Part shown: positions 61,969-64,000 of the stretch, in pieces | Layout of the letters: each line of letters opens with the position of its first letter | Numbering within the stretch: the stretch's first letter is position 1 | Assembly (NCBI GenBank): GCA_030141605.1 | Contig: JAQGDQ010000165.1 | Location: 62,001 to 126,000 of the forward strand | Origin: Tubiluchus corallicola | Lineage: Eukaryota; Animalia; Priapulida | Length of the DNA: 64,000 nt | Reading direction: 5' to 3' | Notes under the pieces: generated by a model | The model's database searches: none | What the model was told of the DNA's origin: nothing | What the model saw: the letters and a program-made list of their open reading frames with translations, nothing else | Program-made: the position numbers and the translations under genes

Positions 61969-62744
61969 CAGTTTCTCTTAGATATAATGTAATAAAAGTC
62001 TTTGTTTGGTGTTTAAGTTAATTCTTTTTTCATAATAGTACCTTGTACACTCAGTCCCTGACGATAGTATTTCATTCTTTAAGCAGACATAGACGGGCAG
62101 ACAAAGACAGAAAGATAGATAGAGAAAGAGAGGGTGAGAGAAAGAAAGAGAAAGAGAGAGAGAGAGAGGGAGGGAAGGAGAGAGAGACGAACTAAGGCCT
62201 TCCTTTTTTGCCATGGCTGAGCAAGCTTGATTTTTCAAGTTTAGCGTAATTTTTATTGTTTCTTTGCCGTGGCATCCATTCAGGCAGGCCCATAGACATA
62301 ATTATTAGAAACAGCCCACATGGATAAACGAGGGAACCTGACGCCTAGCAAAGGTGATTTATCTTCTAAAATAGTCCGCCTCATTATTAATCATATTCAA
62401 AAAGGATGAGATGACGATGAACAGCCCACTTCTTGTCATATTTACTGTCAAAGCCCAACATGTCTACTAGCTTGATCACAATTGAGATGATTGGTAATAG
62501 CCTGTTATATGGCTTCATTTAGACTTCGATCTGGGTTTATTCAAACTCCCTGGCGCCGCTGAACATATCAAATTAGCATCTAAGCACATTTCCTAAGCTG
62601 ACTCCTTAGCCTTCAGGACTAACTGGGTGTATATTTAGTCGGGCTTCTTTCAGATTAGTTCTAAAAGCGCAAAAAGTTCAGAAGTAGCTTTTCCAGTATG
62701 GTCAACTTCTGTGATATTATCTTTTTTTGTTGTCATCGTATTGC

Positions 62745-62830
62745 CATTGTTGTTGTTGTTGTCGTTGCTGTAGCTGTTGCTGTTGTCGTTGTCGTTGTGG
62801 CTGTGGCTGTCGTTGTCGTTGTCGTTGTTA
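62745..62830. repeat. Mixed (GTT/GTC/GCT)n trinucleotide tract
   Basis: Directly visible. Confidence 0.9.
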
Positions 62831-63459
62831 TCGTTCCTGTTTTTGATAACTTAAGACGATGAACGATAAAATTACGATGATGACGACAGTCACGAGACGT
62901 AGAAAACTGAACAAAACTGTCAAAACAATTAATGAATGGTTGATGGGAAAGGACGTCTGCAACATTTACCATATGAGAAGATATGTCACGTTTATTAGCC
63001 ACTATTTATTCTCGAAATATAATAAATTGTCAGAAGACGAAACTGCAACTTCAAACTGACTTTGATGAATTCAAGTATAAAATTTTTGACGTTTATTGCA
63101 AATGTCGAGTGTGCAAAGCTACAGCATAATGACTGGCTGGGGAATTCACAAGTGAAACTCACATCAAAGAGCCATTGAAACATTCAACAGTTTGAGAAAC
63201 TCAAGTGCAAACGGGCACCTTGGAGCAGACGAAAACGCCATAAAGGGCAAAAGTATAGAATTTCTGTGTAAACTTTAAGGAGGAAGCTTTGTTTTTAATT
63301 AGCTGAGGTAAAGAGTTGATTGATCTTCAATTGAGCATGTTTTTGGTGAATAGAACGTGCTGTTATGTCTAGATTAATGACAACGCTGAGTTAACTTTCT
63401 TTCTGTTATTAAAAACAAAGTTTTAAAGAAACTGTTTTGCAGTGAAAAATAGCCAGTGT

Positions 63460-64000
63460 TTAAAGGAAAACCGGATGATTGTGTAAACATTAATTCAGAA
63501 TAAAGCATGCTCTAAAATATTGAAAATTACAATAGCTTTTTTTAAATCGAAGCTTAGGTTAAATAATAATTACCTCGGATACTCAAATTTTGTTAAACTT
63601 TCAAAGCTACGGGCGGCTCAGTGAATGTACTAAGACTGGCATTGGCGCACTTTTGTCCCATGCGCGTGGCCGACAAATAGAAGGCGGTACCGTGATAACC
63701 ATGATCATGAACTGCAGTATCAGTTTCTGACGTCATATGACGTAGAGCCCTTTTTCGTGATATTACGCGTTTAAGCAGTACTGTAACAATGACGCAAACG
63801 TGCTTGACGCGCAACGGAGATGCCTGCCATTGCACAAACTGTGGTTAGTTTCTGAACTTAGCGATAGCTGTGTTCGGTTGCCGTTAATTAACTTTCTAAG
63901 CTAATTATTCAAATATAAGAAACAATTGCTAACTTTTATAGTCAAGAAAATGTATATTTTGGACAGTAAATTAAAATGAGATTGAGTCTAAACAATCGTC
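63460..64000. mobile_element. Kolobok-like family A, reverse orientation, cut by the window edge
   Basis: ttaaAGGAAAACCGGAT start; body is the reverse complement of 4419-4945 and 17344-17898. Confidence 0.83.

Overview
AT-rich, intron-rich eukaryotic (invertebrate metazoan) genomic DNA, not prokaryotic; the taxon cannot be fixed from the sequence. Four spliced protein-coding genes were assembled by hand with GT-AG boundaries and consistent exon phases. SZRD1 (minus, 4 exons) and TTC36 (plus, 3 exons) are head-to-head with only 67 bp between start codons. SLC30A9/ZnT9 (plus, 16 coding exons, 14735-39707) has its third coding exon in two homologous, frame-incompatible copies (17101-17245 and 18806-18905), i.e. 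apparent mutually exclusive exons, one of them His-rich. A two-exon PAN/Apple plus atypical C-type lectin gene is nested antisense in SLC30A9 intron 8. The rest is non-autonomous DNA transposons (three TTAA-flanked Kolobok-like families, TA-flanked Tc1/mariner-like MITEs, an unclassified TIR family, a foldback element), two TIR elements carrying degenerate TTAGGG arrays, two Penelope-like GIY-YIG remnants with decayed hammerhead-like ends, LINE/SINE remnants, and mini- and microsatellites. No convincing coding exon was found after about 40 kb. Most supplied ORFs are spurious. Homology calls rest on recalled family motifs, not database searches.
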